In this document: positions 1 through 12,635 of the stretch, piece by piece
Numbering within the stretch: the stretch's first letter is position 1
Layout: each line of letters opens with the position of its first letter
Assembly: GCF_036321535.1 (NCBI RefSeq)
Contig: NC_087437.1
Span: forward strand, 13,084,001 to 13,148,000
Reading direction: 5' to 3'
Length of the DNA: 64,000 bases
Source of the DNA: Camelus dromedarius
Taxonomy: Eukaryota
Position numbers and translations under genes: made by a program
Notes under the pieces: generated by a model
What the model was told of the DNA's origin: nothing
The model's input: only the letters and a program-made list of their open reading frames with translations
Database searches by the model: none

Positions 1-29
1 TAAGTTTACAGTCAGGAGATGGTGCATTG

Positions 30-500
30 TGTAGTGAAAGATTTTAAAAGATTTATTTAAAAAAAAGGAAAAGTACACCTCCAGGAATGGGAAGGGGGCT
101 GACCCAAGGGAGGGAAAGGGGAGGTTTCTGTCTCCCCTTTCTCTCATACCCTCGCTTAGGGGTGCTCGCTTGATTGATTGACAGCTCTCGTCCCTGGAGT
201 GCTGAGTCATGTATGGTCCCTTTGTGCAGGTGCTTACCCATGGTGCACACAGAAACACCCAAGGGTGGGAGCTGGCTAAACCACAAAGTTAATTATAATA
301 CAATGAGCACTGGGTCATGTCTGGTTAAGTCCTTTCTGCTACCGTGTAGCCATGGCTGTTCTAACCGGTTTCTGGCTGGCAATCATTTAGAAGAAATAAA
401 GTCCCTTTATGCTGGAGGCGGGCATAACTCCATCTTTCGGACCATCCTCCCTCTCCTCCATCTATCTGCCCTGTTCCCCCACTTATCTAACTACGTAACA
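30..500 (-). mobile_element. ERV solo LTR (probably ERV1 class)
   Basis: TG...CA termini (tgtagtg at 30, gtaaca at 500), about 470 bp. Shares motifs with the LTR at 15155 (agtacac.c.c; tatct...aca end). TTTATT at 52-57 is AATAAA on the minus strand. No clear TSD. Confidence 0.65.
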
Positions 501-1689
501 ATAATGTTGAGGGCTAGGATGATGAGTTTAAACAGTGGACTCAACTTTTTTGGTACAAGAGAGATATCAAATGTTAGTGTAAATTTCATAAAATTCAAAA
601 TGACACCGTCATGGAAGAAGCAACTGCAACAGAATCATGTTTACAAGGCAGCAGTGTCTGGCAGCATCTATAAAACTTCCACATTTTTATTTTGACCCCC
701 TTTAGCACCAAGCTGTTGTTAAATGGAACTGCTTGCTGCCCTGATGTCACTTGAATGTTTGGAAGACGGAGTCCTTGTGTTCCAGCAGACACGCGATCTC
801 CCAATGAAGGGTCCCCATGCCTCTGCCTCTGGCCCCAAATCATGACAACTGTGCTTATGCCCAAAAGAAATGAAAAAGATTTTATTTGTTGATCAAAAGA
901 GCAGTGTGCTGGTGAAAAACTCTAGCTGAAGTATTGCATGCAGTGTTTCTCTGACCATGTTAGATTCTGTGAGAGAACCTATAATTGCCTATGAATTTCT
1001 GTCTACTGCTCCATCTCTCATCCTCCCACTGTCCTGATTAGTCTTAGCGTGTTCACTTTCACAGATGGAAGAGCAAATGAGGAAACATAATGAGTTCCAC
1101 TCAGTTTTTTAAAAACTGATAACCATTATGTGCTTAATAGATCATAATCTAACAATGTACACTCAACGCTTAAAAATCCCCCGCAAAATGCTTAGCCCCT
1201 TGTTTTTTGTTATTTCACTGAATGTTTGTATCCTGGGCTAAGAACCATTTAAAAACATGTAGCACTCCCTTAGTTTTCAAAATAATTTCATATTGTTACA
1301 TTTCATAGAGCTATCATAATTTATTTTAATCTGACTCAAAATGTTGAGCATCTAGGTGGTTTCCGTACTTTTGCCCCTGCAAACAATGCTGCAAGGAATG
1401 TTTGTATGTTAATTTACAGTCTATAAGCTATCTATAAGTATAATAGTTGAATTTCCCCAAGTCCTGTAAAATTCTCCCGGGTTTATAACACAAATTCTTA
1501 GATGAGTGAGGAGAAACTATGATAATAGACCTGATGGGGGGTTAACTTTCTTCTCCCATCTCTGCCACCATACCTTCCAGCCCTCAGGTTTATTTTTCCT
1601 CAATCCCTCACTCCTTGATATTTCCCTTAACATGTCATCCTGGTTCACAGTTCCCTGCCTGCTGTCAGGAGTACCTTTCTGCACTGAGT

Positions 1690-1978
1690 ACCTAACAAAT
1701 TTCTACTCATCTTTTAAAACCTATTCACTCATCATCGCTCCTATGCAAGCACCTTCCCTTTCCTTCCGGAATGAATCACCTCTTCATTTGCAGTGGCTTC
1801 TACCTGGTAATACACGTCTATCGCTGCTCAAATAGCATGTTATTATAGTTATGTGTACGCATGGTTGTCTCCCCTATTGGACTCTGTACTCCTGGCAGGT
1901 TCCGACTGGGACTTCCTTGTTTTTCCATCTTTAATGCTAAGCAGACTGTCTCTGACATATAATGTTTGCTAAATGATA
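1690..1978 (+). mobile_element. L2 LINE 3' fragment (degenerate)
   Basis: Resembles the L2 3' end (tgtctcccctattggactctgtactcct...gctaaatg). Confidence 0.55.
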
Positions 1979-2929
1979 CAGGAAAAAGTTCTAACTAAAT
2001 TTGGCTGTATTTAAAAGAGGAAAACATTTGGCATCTGGAGTCAGTGGTTAGTCTTAGATCTTTCAGAGACTTCTTTGGTTAAAAAAGGACATGGGGAGAT
2101 GGTGAGATCAGCTTTTCTTCCTGTCTACTCTGTGTGAGTTTTTCGACATTTTATTTTCTCTGACAGTCTTCAGCTCATTTGTATTGCAACTATGGATGTT
2201 TTGTTAAACTCTTCAGAAATTTTCAAGTTTTGAGGAGATATATTAAAACTAATGGAAGGGATAGCATTGACACCAAAGTACAAAATCTCAGGCAAAAAAA
2301 AAAAAAAAAAAAGAGCTACCATAAAAGGCTTAAAAGACCTAAAAATATTTATGTGAAATAAGGTTTGATAAGGAACATGTGTCTATATGAGATTGTCCAG
2401 CGGAAATCTTTGCTCTAAGAATGCTGAATTACTATTAATTATATGAGAGCAGGAATAAAATGATTTTTCTTCTCAAAACTTTGTGTCAGACCCTTATTTT
2501 TAGTTTTTAGAATAATTGCCCTCTAAACTTCCAACAGTGTCAAATAATATTTTGAAATTATTGCTTCTTAATGCCATGGATTATAGAAAAATAAACTCCC
2601 AATTTTAAAAATTACCTTAAAATGCCATGATTGATTAAAAAAAAAGGTTTCTACCATACAAAAAATCAAGTTCAAATTGAATAACTTTTTTGGTAATTAA
2701 GTAGACATATCTCACAAATAAAAGTATTTTAAAGTCAGATTTGTACCTATTTCTATAGCAACAAGCAAGAACTTGTAAACTAGTATTTTAACGTCTCAAG
2801 GCTTTAGCTTAATAATTAGAATGGAAAGGTTCCATTCCATTTAGCACGGGCCCCGTACTCGCTCTCCATATCCTTGTTAAGCTTATTCCAAGCCCCCCTT
2901 TAAAGATAATTACCATGGTGTTATTATTT

Positions 2930-3650
2930 TTGATTTTCTAAACATGGTACAAAATTTCAAAAATACAGGAGAGTAGACAGTGAAAATAAAGTTGTTATCA
3001 CATCCCCGTTTTTTTGTTAAGGAACTCATCTCTATTCCCTGAAGGCAAGTGCAGAGCATATCTTTAATGATTTTACTGTATGTCCTTATATTTACTCATA
3101 TTTCACACATGGTAGCTTACTCTGTACACTGACCTGCTTTTACTTTTTAGCCCTAGAGATTGCAAATCTTTTCCTAATAGCTCAAATAGAGCTGTATATT
3201 TTTATAACTGTATTAGCCTACTATTATATAGTTACATTATATAATTATATGGTCATGGTATAATTTATCTTAGTCTACTATTAATGATGGACTTTTGGAT
3301 TGTTTGCAATTTTTTACTTGTAGCAAATATAATGTAAATTCATTATTTCACATCAGTGGGAGTAGAAATCTAATTACTGAGTCAAGGAACATGTAGTTCT
3401 AAATTTTGATGGATAAAGACAAATTGCTCCCCAGAGAGGATATACCAAATTAATATTGCTCCCAGCGATAAATAAAGGTACTTATTGTCCATATCATTAG
3501 CAATCGGGTGTGTTACAAACTTAAATCTTAGCAAACCTGAGTTGTAAAAACTGTATCTCATATATACTTTTAATTTGCATTTTCTCTTTATAAAGAGATC
3601 CTGCATTTTCACCCAGAGCCATGTATGTTTATTTTTCATATTATTTATTA
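2930..3650 (-). mobile_element. Ancient L1 (L1ME-like) fragments
   Basis: Degenerate antisense L1 3' motifs (gatggacttttggattgtttgcaattttt; ttttaatttgcattttctc). Confidence 0.5.
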
Positions 3651-3662
3651 GCCATTAAAAAT

Positions 3663-4530
3663 AACTCACAACTTTATTGAATATAATTTACCTACTATAA
3701 AATTCTCCCCCTTGTAAGTGTGCAACTCAGTTTAATGATTTTTGGTGGGGGATAAATTTATGTTTATGCAAACATTGCCATGATCCAGTTTTACCACACT
3801 TGCAGTGTCCCCAAAATGTCTTCTCCTGCCCATTTGCAGATAATCCTCTATCCCACACCTGCCCTAGAAAACCATTGATCTGCTTCCTATCTCTACAGAT
3901 TTACCTTTTTTTTTTTTTTTGATATTTCACATAAATGAAATCATAGAATATGTAGTCTTTTGGATCAGACTTCTTCCACGAATTATAACATTTTTGAGGT
4001 TCATCCATTTCTGTAGTATGTGTCAGGACTTTGTTCCTTTTTATTGTCAAATAATATTTCATTGCATGGATGTACCACTCTATTTAATCAGTCACCATTT
4101 GGTGGCCATTTTGATGGTTGCCAGTTTGGGGCTACTTTGAATAATATTGCTGTGAACAATTGACTTAAAAATAGTTGTGTGGACACATGTTTTTCTTTCT
4201 CTTGGATGGGATCCCAAAAGTGGAATTGCTGTGTTATATGATTAAATTTATGTTTAACTTCATAAGAAATTGCCAGACTGTTTTTGCAAAGTGACGGCAT
4301 CATTTTACCTTCCCACCAGCAGCAAAGGAAGGTTCCAGCTTCTCCACATCTCTGCTTACACTTTGGATTATTGCTTTTTCTTATTACAGCCATTCTAATA
4401 GGTGTGGGGGGGTATCTAATTGTGGTTTTAATTTGTATTTCCTAGTGACTAATAAAGCTGATTTTCAATATGTCTTGGACATTTGCATATTTTTTGTGAA
4501 ATGTATGTTCAAATATTTTGTTCATTATTT
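3663..4530 (-). mobile_element. L1M (L1MB/MC-like) 3' end
   Basis: Antisense L1 3' UTR starting actttattga. ORF 4088..4393(-) gives a decayed ORF2 C-terminus (MAVIRKSNNPKC...CWWEGKM). Confidence 0.8.
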
Positions 4531-4599
4531 CCAAGCAATTCTCCATTTCATCTCATTCATCTTATTTTTGGGGCATAGCTATTTGTAAATTCCCTTATA

Positions 4600-4732
4600 T
4601 GAAAGACTCCACACAAAAACTAGTAGGATGAAAAATGAATCCAGTAAGGTAGCAGGATGCAAGATTACCATACAGAAATCTGTTGCATTTCTTTCCACTA
4701 ACAATGAAAGATCAGAAAGGAAAAGTCAAAAA

Positions 4733-4765
<33 letters not shown>

Positions 4766-5708
4766 GAAAAAAGAAATTTCCTTTAAAATTACAATAAAAA
4801 ATACTTAGGGATAAACCTGGCCAAGGAAGTGAAAGACTTATATGCTGAGAACTATAAAACATTGATAAGGGAAATTGAAGATGATTCAAAGAAATGGAAA
4901 AATATCCCATGCTCTTGGATTGGAAGAATTAATATTGTTAAAATAGTTGGAGCAATCTACAGATTTAATGTGACCCCTTTCAAATCACCTATGCCATTTT
5001 TCACAGAATTAGAATAACTAATCCTAAGATTTATATGGAATTTTAAAGGAACCAGAATTGCCAAAACAATCCTGAGGAAAAAGAATGAGGCTGGAGGAAT
5101 AACCCTCCCAGACTTCAGACAATACTACAGAGCTACAGTAATCAAAACAGCATGGCATTGGCACAAAAACAGACATATGGGTCAATGCAACAGACTAGAG
5201 AGCCCAGAGATAAACCCACAGATCTATGGTTAATTAATTGCTAACAAAGGATGCAAGAATATACAAAGGAGAAAAGACAGTGTCTTTAGCAACTGGTATT
5301 GGGAAAGCTGGACAGCCATATGTAAAAGTTAGAACACTCCCTCACACCATACACAAAAATAAACTCAAAATGGCTTAAAGACTTAAACATAAGACAGGAC
5401 ACCATAAATCTCCCAGAAGAAAGCATAAACAAAACATTCTCTGACATAAATCTCAGCAATGTGCTCCCAGGGCAGTCTATGCAGGCGATAGAAATAAAAG
5501 GAAAAGTAAACAAATGGGACCTAATTAAACTTAGAAGCTTTTGCACAGAAAAGGAAATTATAAACAAAACAAAGAGTCTACGGAATGTGAGAAAATATTT
5601 GCAAATGATGTGACTGACAAGGGCTTAATTTCCAGAATATATAAACAGCTCATACAACTCAATACAAAAAAAAAAAACAAAAAACCAAAAAAACTAAACA
5701 ACAAATCA
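4600..5708 (+). mobile_element. L1 ORF2 internal fragment (late RT domain onward), disabled
   Basis: ORF 4829..5017 [38 protein letters not shown] is typical L1 ORF2. Stops, frameshifts and an expanded A-run at about 4727-4775 are present. No 3' UTR. Confidence 0.93.
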
Positions 5709-6196
5709 GATGAATAAGTTCTTCAAGAACCTCTGACCAAGGATAAAGACAGAGATTGGCCAGAAAGACAAGCCAGCTCTGCCTGGAAATCAAAGTCTTT
5801 CCCTGTGTCTATGGGGAACTTGATTATGACCAGATGGGAAAATCTGTGACTCAAATACAAAGTAGGAACCTGGCCAACAACCTGTCTCCTAGCCTAGGTT
5901 TGGGAATGCTAAGTTCAGTGTGACTCTTGTCATACCCAAAATGGGACATTCTTGCTTGCATAACTTGTTTCAAGAAAACAAATAATTCCCTGTGATTGAT
6001 GATTCTGCCCCATTAGATAAATATGAGCAGACAGCCCATGGTTTACTGGCTCAATTTGTACTGTAGGTTGAAATCTCAAACCCATGATTTGGTTTTTAAG
6101 ATGCTGTCAAAGTATTTGATTCAGACATCTAAGGAGCCAAAAAGCACACTTTGAAAATTGTCTATGTGAAGATTTGAACTAAATTATGTATTAATC

Positions 6197-6319
6197 GGGG
6201 GGAGGATATAGCTCAAGCTTAACATGCATGAGGTCCTGGGTTCAATGCCCAGTACTTCCTCTAAAAACAAATAAATAAGTAAACATAATTGCCTCCCTCC
6301 ATCAAAATAAAACAAACAA
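6197..6319 (+). mobile_element. tRNA-derived SINE, camelid Vic-1-like
   Basis: ggggggaggatatagctcaag head, B-box-like gggttcaatgccc and A-rich tail. TSD aaattatgtattaa(t/c)c at 6181-6196 and 6320-6335. Confidence 0.88.
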
Positions 6320-7515
6320 AAATTATGTATTAACCAAAAAGAGACAACAAATTCAGCAAAGCAAAAGGAAGACAAAATTTAATAGTGTGAGACTTCATTT
6401 TTGCATTGCTTACACCAAACAAAATCAAGAATAAGCAGAAGAGAGAAAAATTATCTTGACTAAGACCCAGAAGTGATTTACTTGTATGGCTTTATTCTTA
6501 AAAAGAAACATTCAAAGTTGTGGCTCCGGTAATATGCAACATTCCCCATGAATACCTGGCTTGGCATTTACATTCTTTGAGTGCTGACTCCATTATTAAT
6601 CATTTTGAATACGATCAGTACTGTTACCAAGGCACACAAAGGGTTTGTTTTTAAGCTTCAGGAGTTCTATTTTAAATCTTTTGCTCTACATTTTTCTTGG
6701 TGACACTTTCTTGCTTCTTTGAAATTTATATTTCTCTCTTTTACTTTCTGAGAAATGTCATAAAGTATTTTATTTCTGTTCACTTTTCCACAATGTTGGA
6801 AAGCTGCGAAGATTTGTGAAGCTGAAATGAATTCCTTCTTAATCATTTCAGACATTTCTATAATAATATGTGCATGTAATTTCTCATTCTTTTGACTCAT
6901 TGTACTTTAGAAATATTCCTTTACGGTTAGTGGGTGTTAGTCTCCTTTTGCGGTAGGAGAAAAGGGTACAGAGGAGTTTGACAGCTATTTTAAGAAATGG
7001 GAAAATTTTGTGTACGTGTGTGTAGGGGGTGAGCTTAATGGAGGTTTTTCATGCACACAACAGAAGTTGCGTGAGGAGGCAGGTCTACCAAAAATGATGG
7101 ATCATGGATTGACAACTTCTACTACTTGTAGAAGACGCTTTAGTAGCCATGGGGATGGATGGATAGTTGTTGGCGGCAGAATACCTTCCCTTTTCCCAGG
7201 GACTTTGATGGATTTTGCACTAAGGGTTCCCCAGAGTCTCAGTGCCCAGATCATCAGCTCAAATGATCCTTCTCTGTCCATCTCAGTGTTACATTCTACC
7301 TGTGGTAAACGTTATTACAGAAGTTTATAACCCACAGAACAGCTGATTCTATTAGTGCTCTGCTTGAAATAGGCTGCTGAGAATCCTGACTTCGTGGCCC
7401 CACCCAACTCGCATCATCAAACAAAGATGCTTTTAGCAGGAGAGATAAAGTTGGGTGTACATGATATATTACTTCACAGGACGGTTGGACGTTAATCTGT
7501 AGTCCGTTCACTTCT

Positions 7516-7965
7516 TGCTAAGGCTGGTGTCTGGTCAGGCCACTCTAGATGGCTGTCCTCTTGCTCTCTGTACCTTCCCTGCTCGACCACTGGCTGCTTC
7601 ACCCACGCCTACTCACATCACGGACCTCCCTACCCATACTTGGCCCAGACCCCAGCTGCTGACTGTTCTAACTTTAGATCAGAACTTTCCACTCTGCTTA
7701 CAAAAGAGGCAGTACAGGGCGTGCCCCTCTGCTGGTTTCCCTGGTAACCAATGTGCTAACCTGATATCAGCTCCCCCTCTAACGGCTAACCTTCCCCTCC
7801 CGTCGGGAGCAGAGACTGTTGCCATGTCCTGCCTGCTGTCCACAAGTCAGACATGTAAGATCTCCCATTCATTAAACCAGTGATGTTCCTGTCGCCGACT
7901 CTGGGCTGTTTCTTTGGTCTTGGAGCTGTGCAAATACAGACCTCATAGGCCTGTGGGGTGCGGCT
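7516..7965 (+). mobile_element. ERV solo LTR
   Basis: GC-richer block of about 450 bp starting with TG. CCAAT, then ATTAAA near 7871 followed by U5-like GT-rich sequence. 3' terminus unclear. Confidence 0.6.
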
Positions 7966-8044
7966 GGTGGAAGTTAGATGGCATTGGTTGGCTTCCAATC
8001 TGGGAAAACACCAGACTGTTGATTACTTTTCCAAAAAAATGAAA

Positions 8045-8500
8045 GATATTTATTCATTGAACTGGTATTTATTAAGCTAGTAGTATTATGTGCATCAAGT
8101 ACCATGTTAGATGCTGTATCTACAACCATCAACTAAACAGATAAAATCCATTTTCTCATAAAGCACTCAGACTTACAGGGGAGACAAGTGGTAACATAAT
8201 TACACAAGTGAATCAGTGTGTAGTGTAGACATGTGAAGTTGTGTAAAAGTATAAAGCCAGGACCTCTGGTCTAGGGGGCGAAGGGAAGGCTTCCGCACCA
8301 GTGAGGGGTGTGCAGTGGGAGCAGGTGATGCAGAAAGAGGGAACGCACGCCCAGGCCTCAGCGCAAGTGCGCATCACATGTCCCAGGAACCCTCCAGGAG
8401 GCGAGATGGCGAAGTGGGAACTCCAAGGAGCAGAAATGTGAGATATGGGGCTAGAAAGGCAGGCAGGTGAAGGGCACTGGAAGATATAGAAGAGGTCGGT
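8045..8500 (-). mobile_element. L2 LINE 3' fragment
   Basis: Antisense L2 tail (tattcattgaactggtatttattaagc...caggggagaca). Confidence 0.65.
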
Positions 8501-9887
8501 CTTGAGTAGAACTCCTTTACAATTCGAGAAACTAAATCCAATTCTGAATCATCGGTTAGGTAGGCAACTTCTCAGCAGAGATTTCAATAATGGAGACTCT
8601 CTCTTAAGGGAATCCTAAAATTAGTGATTTGTGCATTGTTGTACATGACTAAAGAAATACCCCTAATATCCACAGCAGGGAAAAAAGAACAATTTTGCCT
8701 TTTAGCGTGGTGCTCTGTTATCCATTTCTGGCTGCAAAGCCAATTATTTGTCAGATTAAGGACTACTATTATCAGCAATATTATTACCACTTGGAAATAA
8801 TCTATTACCTTGGTTGTAGGGCTCTGGTATAACACTAGAGAATACAGTTTTTCAGATTCAAAAGGCCTGTGATAAAAATAGTTTGGTAGATTTAAACTTC
8901 AGCTTTAGAAATAAAAGTGTAAACAAAACAGATAAGCTATTTGTCTTCCGTTCTTTACTGCTGTGGCTTTTAGCTAGCATTCATTTAGAAAAATCTGAGC
9001 ACATATATTCTAGTAGGCACAGCTTAATAATGTCATCATGGTCTCCAAAAGAACATAAACATTATACAAATTGTAGATGGGGTAAAAGCTAAGGAAACGT
9101 CTATGGGAAGTCCTCGTAACCATCAGTTGCCTAGACAAGGTAGCTAAGAATTACTTTTATTTTCTTTTAATTTCTTTTGATGAGTCAATAGAAGTAGTAA
9201 AGAAACTTAAATGCGTCTCATAGCATTGCATCATTACGTGGCAATTCGCCCTGATGTCTTTGATAAGCTTGTTTTATCTTTAATGTTAAGGCAAAATATA
9301 TCCTCCCCCTCTCCCCTTAGGGAAGCTCAGGAGAAGCCCTTCTCCCCCAGCCGCATCCCCAATGCCACACCTGGCAGAAGGACTTCATGCATGTGCACTG
9401 GAGGATGTGAAACATGCCCTTTTCAGGAAGACATTGCTGGTTGCAAGACTCTTGGTTTAACCTACCTGGATGATGGATGCACCAAGCGTTGCATGGAGGT
9501 CTCTGACCAGGCAGGACTTCCCTGTGGTGGGCTGTGTCCTCCTGGATTGGTTCTGAGCCTTTGGAGACTTCTGCACATTTTTGGGGTGCTGCTTTCATGT
9601 GTCCCTTTTGTGAGTCACACATCTCCTCCAGGGACCTCAGGGCACTGGTTTAATGGTGATGTCTGGCAACAGGCCCGTAATGTACCTGGCTGAGCTCATC
9701 TGAGGTTGGGTCACACTCTTGCATTTACCCTGCCGTCACCCACCTTGCCCTTCCAATCCCGACACAACCTTTTCCTGGTATTTAGTAACCGAAGACACTC
9801 GTTTTCTGTTTTCAAATCTTATGTAAAGTGCACATGTATTTGTCACATCCCACAAAACGCACCGTGTACCCACTTCATAATAAAAAA

Positions 9888-10108
9888 GATTATTGAGCAC
9901 ATACCATGTGCCATGCATTTGGACAAGATTTTTTAAAGCATTTTCATTCAATGCTCTCAATAACTCCACAAGGCAATATTATTACCCTCATTTTACAGAT
10001 AAAGAAATTGAGGCAAGAGAGATGACACAGCTTGTCAGTTACTAGGAAGCTGGAGAACCCCGATTTGGACTCAGGCAGGCCAAGCTGAGAGCCTCAGCCC
10101 TTAACCAG
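9888..10108 (-). mobile_element. MIR SINE
   Basis: MIR core attattaccctcattttacagataaagaaattgaggc. Confidence 0.85.
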
Positions 10109-11554
10109 TTGACAATACTGCCATATTGAGCAAATTCTCTCTCCTACACCAGTAGTTAGTACTTACTGAGCATCTTAGCTTCTGCTTAATGGAAAAGCTG
10201 AACTCATACAGCATAAAACCCCTCAGAAACTCACATCTGGACTTCGTCCAACAGTTCCAACTTTTCAGAGTGAATGGATTTACTGTGGAGTCATTATAAT
10301 GGAGAATCCACAAGGAACAAATGAAGGAGGAGGCCTTGGGTCTGGTCTCCATTCTGCTGGCCACCAGTACAGCTTGGAGGAATCCAAGACCTGCCTCTGT
10401 GTTGAAATAAGAAAGACAAGGAAGCAGCAAGAAGCTCATATCTGTACCAACCCAGCTTTTGTGGTGCTTCTAAGCCAACGAGTCGATGAAATTTGCAAGC
10501 AGACGGGACCGTCACTTAAACACATTCATAAAGGCTAAAGACCAAACCTGGAGAACAAAAGGCAGAGAAAAGTGTTCCTGTTGTCCAGTTCTACATAATT
10601 CCTTTTCCATATGCATGTGCAATTCAAATGAACTTAGTTTAAAAAAAAAAAAAGCATCCTTCACTTTGGAAGAATTTGGGCACAGGAACTTCATCTGACG
10701 GGGAGAGTGACAGCTCACAAGGGAAAAACTATGACTGTCGCTGGTGATATGCCTGCCTGCCTGCCTGAGTATTCCTCCCATTATCCCCCTGGCACTCATC
10801 TGTGATTTCAAATATCATTAAGATTTCCATGGTAAATTAGCTTCCAATTATTCTCGGTCTGTCTGAGGCCACAGCATGTCTGCCCAAACAGAACTGTCAA
10901 CACCCTTTGATGGGACAAAAATGCAAACAAGCCATTGAATTGACTGTGGTTACCACTGCCTTTCTTAGAAACAGAACACAAAGAGAGCAGAGACCGGCTA
11001 TGCTTACAGGACCGCTCACGGCGTGTGCCCCAGAGGGCCCTGCTAGGTGACGTTCTCGATTGCACCGGGCATTTCCGGGCTTGATACCCCCAGCGGTGAA
11101 GTCATCTTTTGATCTGATTACTGTTTAGAGCTCATGCTATTTTGTGAAGAATGAGGCTCGATGTCTAGGGCCACTGTCCTTGTCAGTTTTCTCTAGTTTC
11201 TTCAAAGTAACTGAATGCAGCTTCAGGACTCCAGCAAAAAGCATCATCAGTGAAGGTGAGCTTATTTCATGAGTAACAGCAGGAAAGCGTCACAGCCCTC
11301 TCCCGGGACAGCTGCATTGATCTCCACCATTCCACTCTGGGTTGTGCCGTGTGGCGGAACAGTCAGAGGGCCAGGCTGCAGGAGACCTGCTGCCAGCTCT
11401 GCTCCTTGCTTTATTTATTCAAATCAAAGAAAACCTAGTCGGGGGTTACCCTATGCTGCGCTGGCCCAGATTTTGTATTTCATCACAGTTTTATGTGTTC
11501 CAGACAATGAGTGACTAGAAATACATCACTGACAATGAGGCATATTGTCACAAG

Positions 11555-11611
11555 CAAGAAGAATGGAAGAAAGAAAGAAAGAAAGAAGGAAAGAAAGAAA
11601 GATAGATAGAA

Positions 11612-11659
<48 letters not shown>

Positions 11660-11673
11660 AGGAAGAAAGAAAA

Positions 11674-11753
<80 letters not shown>

Positions 11754-11790
11754 AAAGGAGGGAAAAAGGAAGAAAAACAGGATAAAAAGA
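11555..11790. repeat. (GAAA)n microsatellite / polypurine tract
   Basis: Directly visible, about 200 bp of GAAA with a few interruptions. Confidence 0.98.
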
Positions 11791-12454
11791 AAGCACTTCA
11801 TCAACATACGACAGAAGTAAATGAGCATGGTGTTATTACACAAGATTTCAAACCCTACTCTCACAAGGTTGCTGTCCATTCTTTTTAAGGCTTGGATTTG
11901 AAATTTTACATAAACACTTATACTATAATTCAATCATTACATTCAGCATTGAAAGTGGAATTTGTCCTTTCACCGCATCCTGGAAAACAAACATCCTCAT
12001 GTATACTTTTCGAATATACATTCATATATTTGGAATTTGTGTTGGGTTAGACAGGAATGGCTCTGAAATTTTGCTCTCTGTCAGGGGATAAACAGATTCT
12101 TCATTCTGTGTATGAGCTCTTGAATAGTACTTTTTCTGTTGGCCCAAGATCACTGGCAGGATTCTGAGGAAACGGAGGTGTTTGCTTGGGCTTATTTGTA
12201 ATGAATAATCCGTTCTGTCAGCATCCCCGGTGATGAGGTGCTGAGAAGATGTGAAGAAAACAAAGTGAGATTAAAAGAGAGAATGAGGTAGACGTGAGTC
12301 AGCTACAAGGCAGCGGCGGACATAAGAAAGCAGCGGGTCCTCCGCCTTGTGAGGATCACTGAGGTTTGTTGTATCCCGGGTTCTCAAGAGGAGAGAGAGA
12401 AAAATGTGCAGATGTGAGTGTTTGCTACAGTCATGCTCTTTTGTGTATATTTAT

Positions 12455-12635
12455 TTAATATATCTTTAATTTAATCGTTGGACTGTGAAAGGTAGCAATT
12501 TATTTTTAGCTCATTTCACAGGACAAGAAACAAGCCCTGGGAGATTATGTAACTTTCCAGGAGTTGCACAATTAAGAAGGAAGAGAAGAAGGTGGGATTT
12601 GAACTCAGGTCTATCTGCCTTCAACTCTGTGCTCT
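12455..12635 (-). mobile_element. MIR SINE
   Basis: catttcacaggacaagaaac...gggatttgaactcaggtct. Confidence 0.7.

Noticed and set aside
174..695. 173-aa ORF
   Set aside because: Starts inside an LTR, crosses its boundary and resembles no protein I recognise; chance ORF.
4829..5017. L1 ORF2-like ORF as a functional reverse transcriptase gene
   Set aside because: Short remnant surrounded by stops and frameshifts.
5709..6180. Possible processed pseudogene or exon after the L1
   Set aside because: The frames I translated hit stops and gave no recognisable protein; a blastx search would settle it.
6197..6270. tRNA gene
   Set aside because: D-arm region is deleted, and the A-rich tail and TSD show it is a SINE.
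9211..9693. 160-aa ORF
   Set aside because: No recognisable domain or supporting gene structure.
11526..11933. Lys/Glu/Arg-rich and Phe/Leu/Ser-rich ORFs
   Set aside because: Translations of the (GAAA)n microsatellite.
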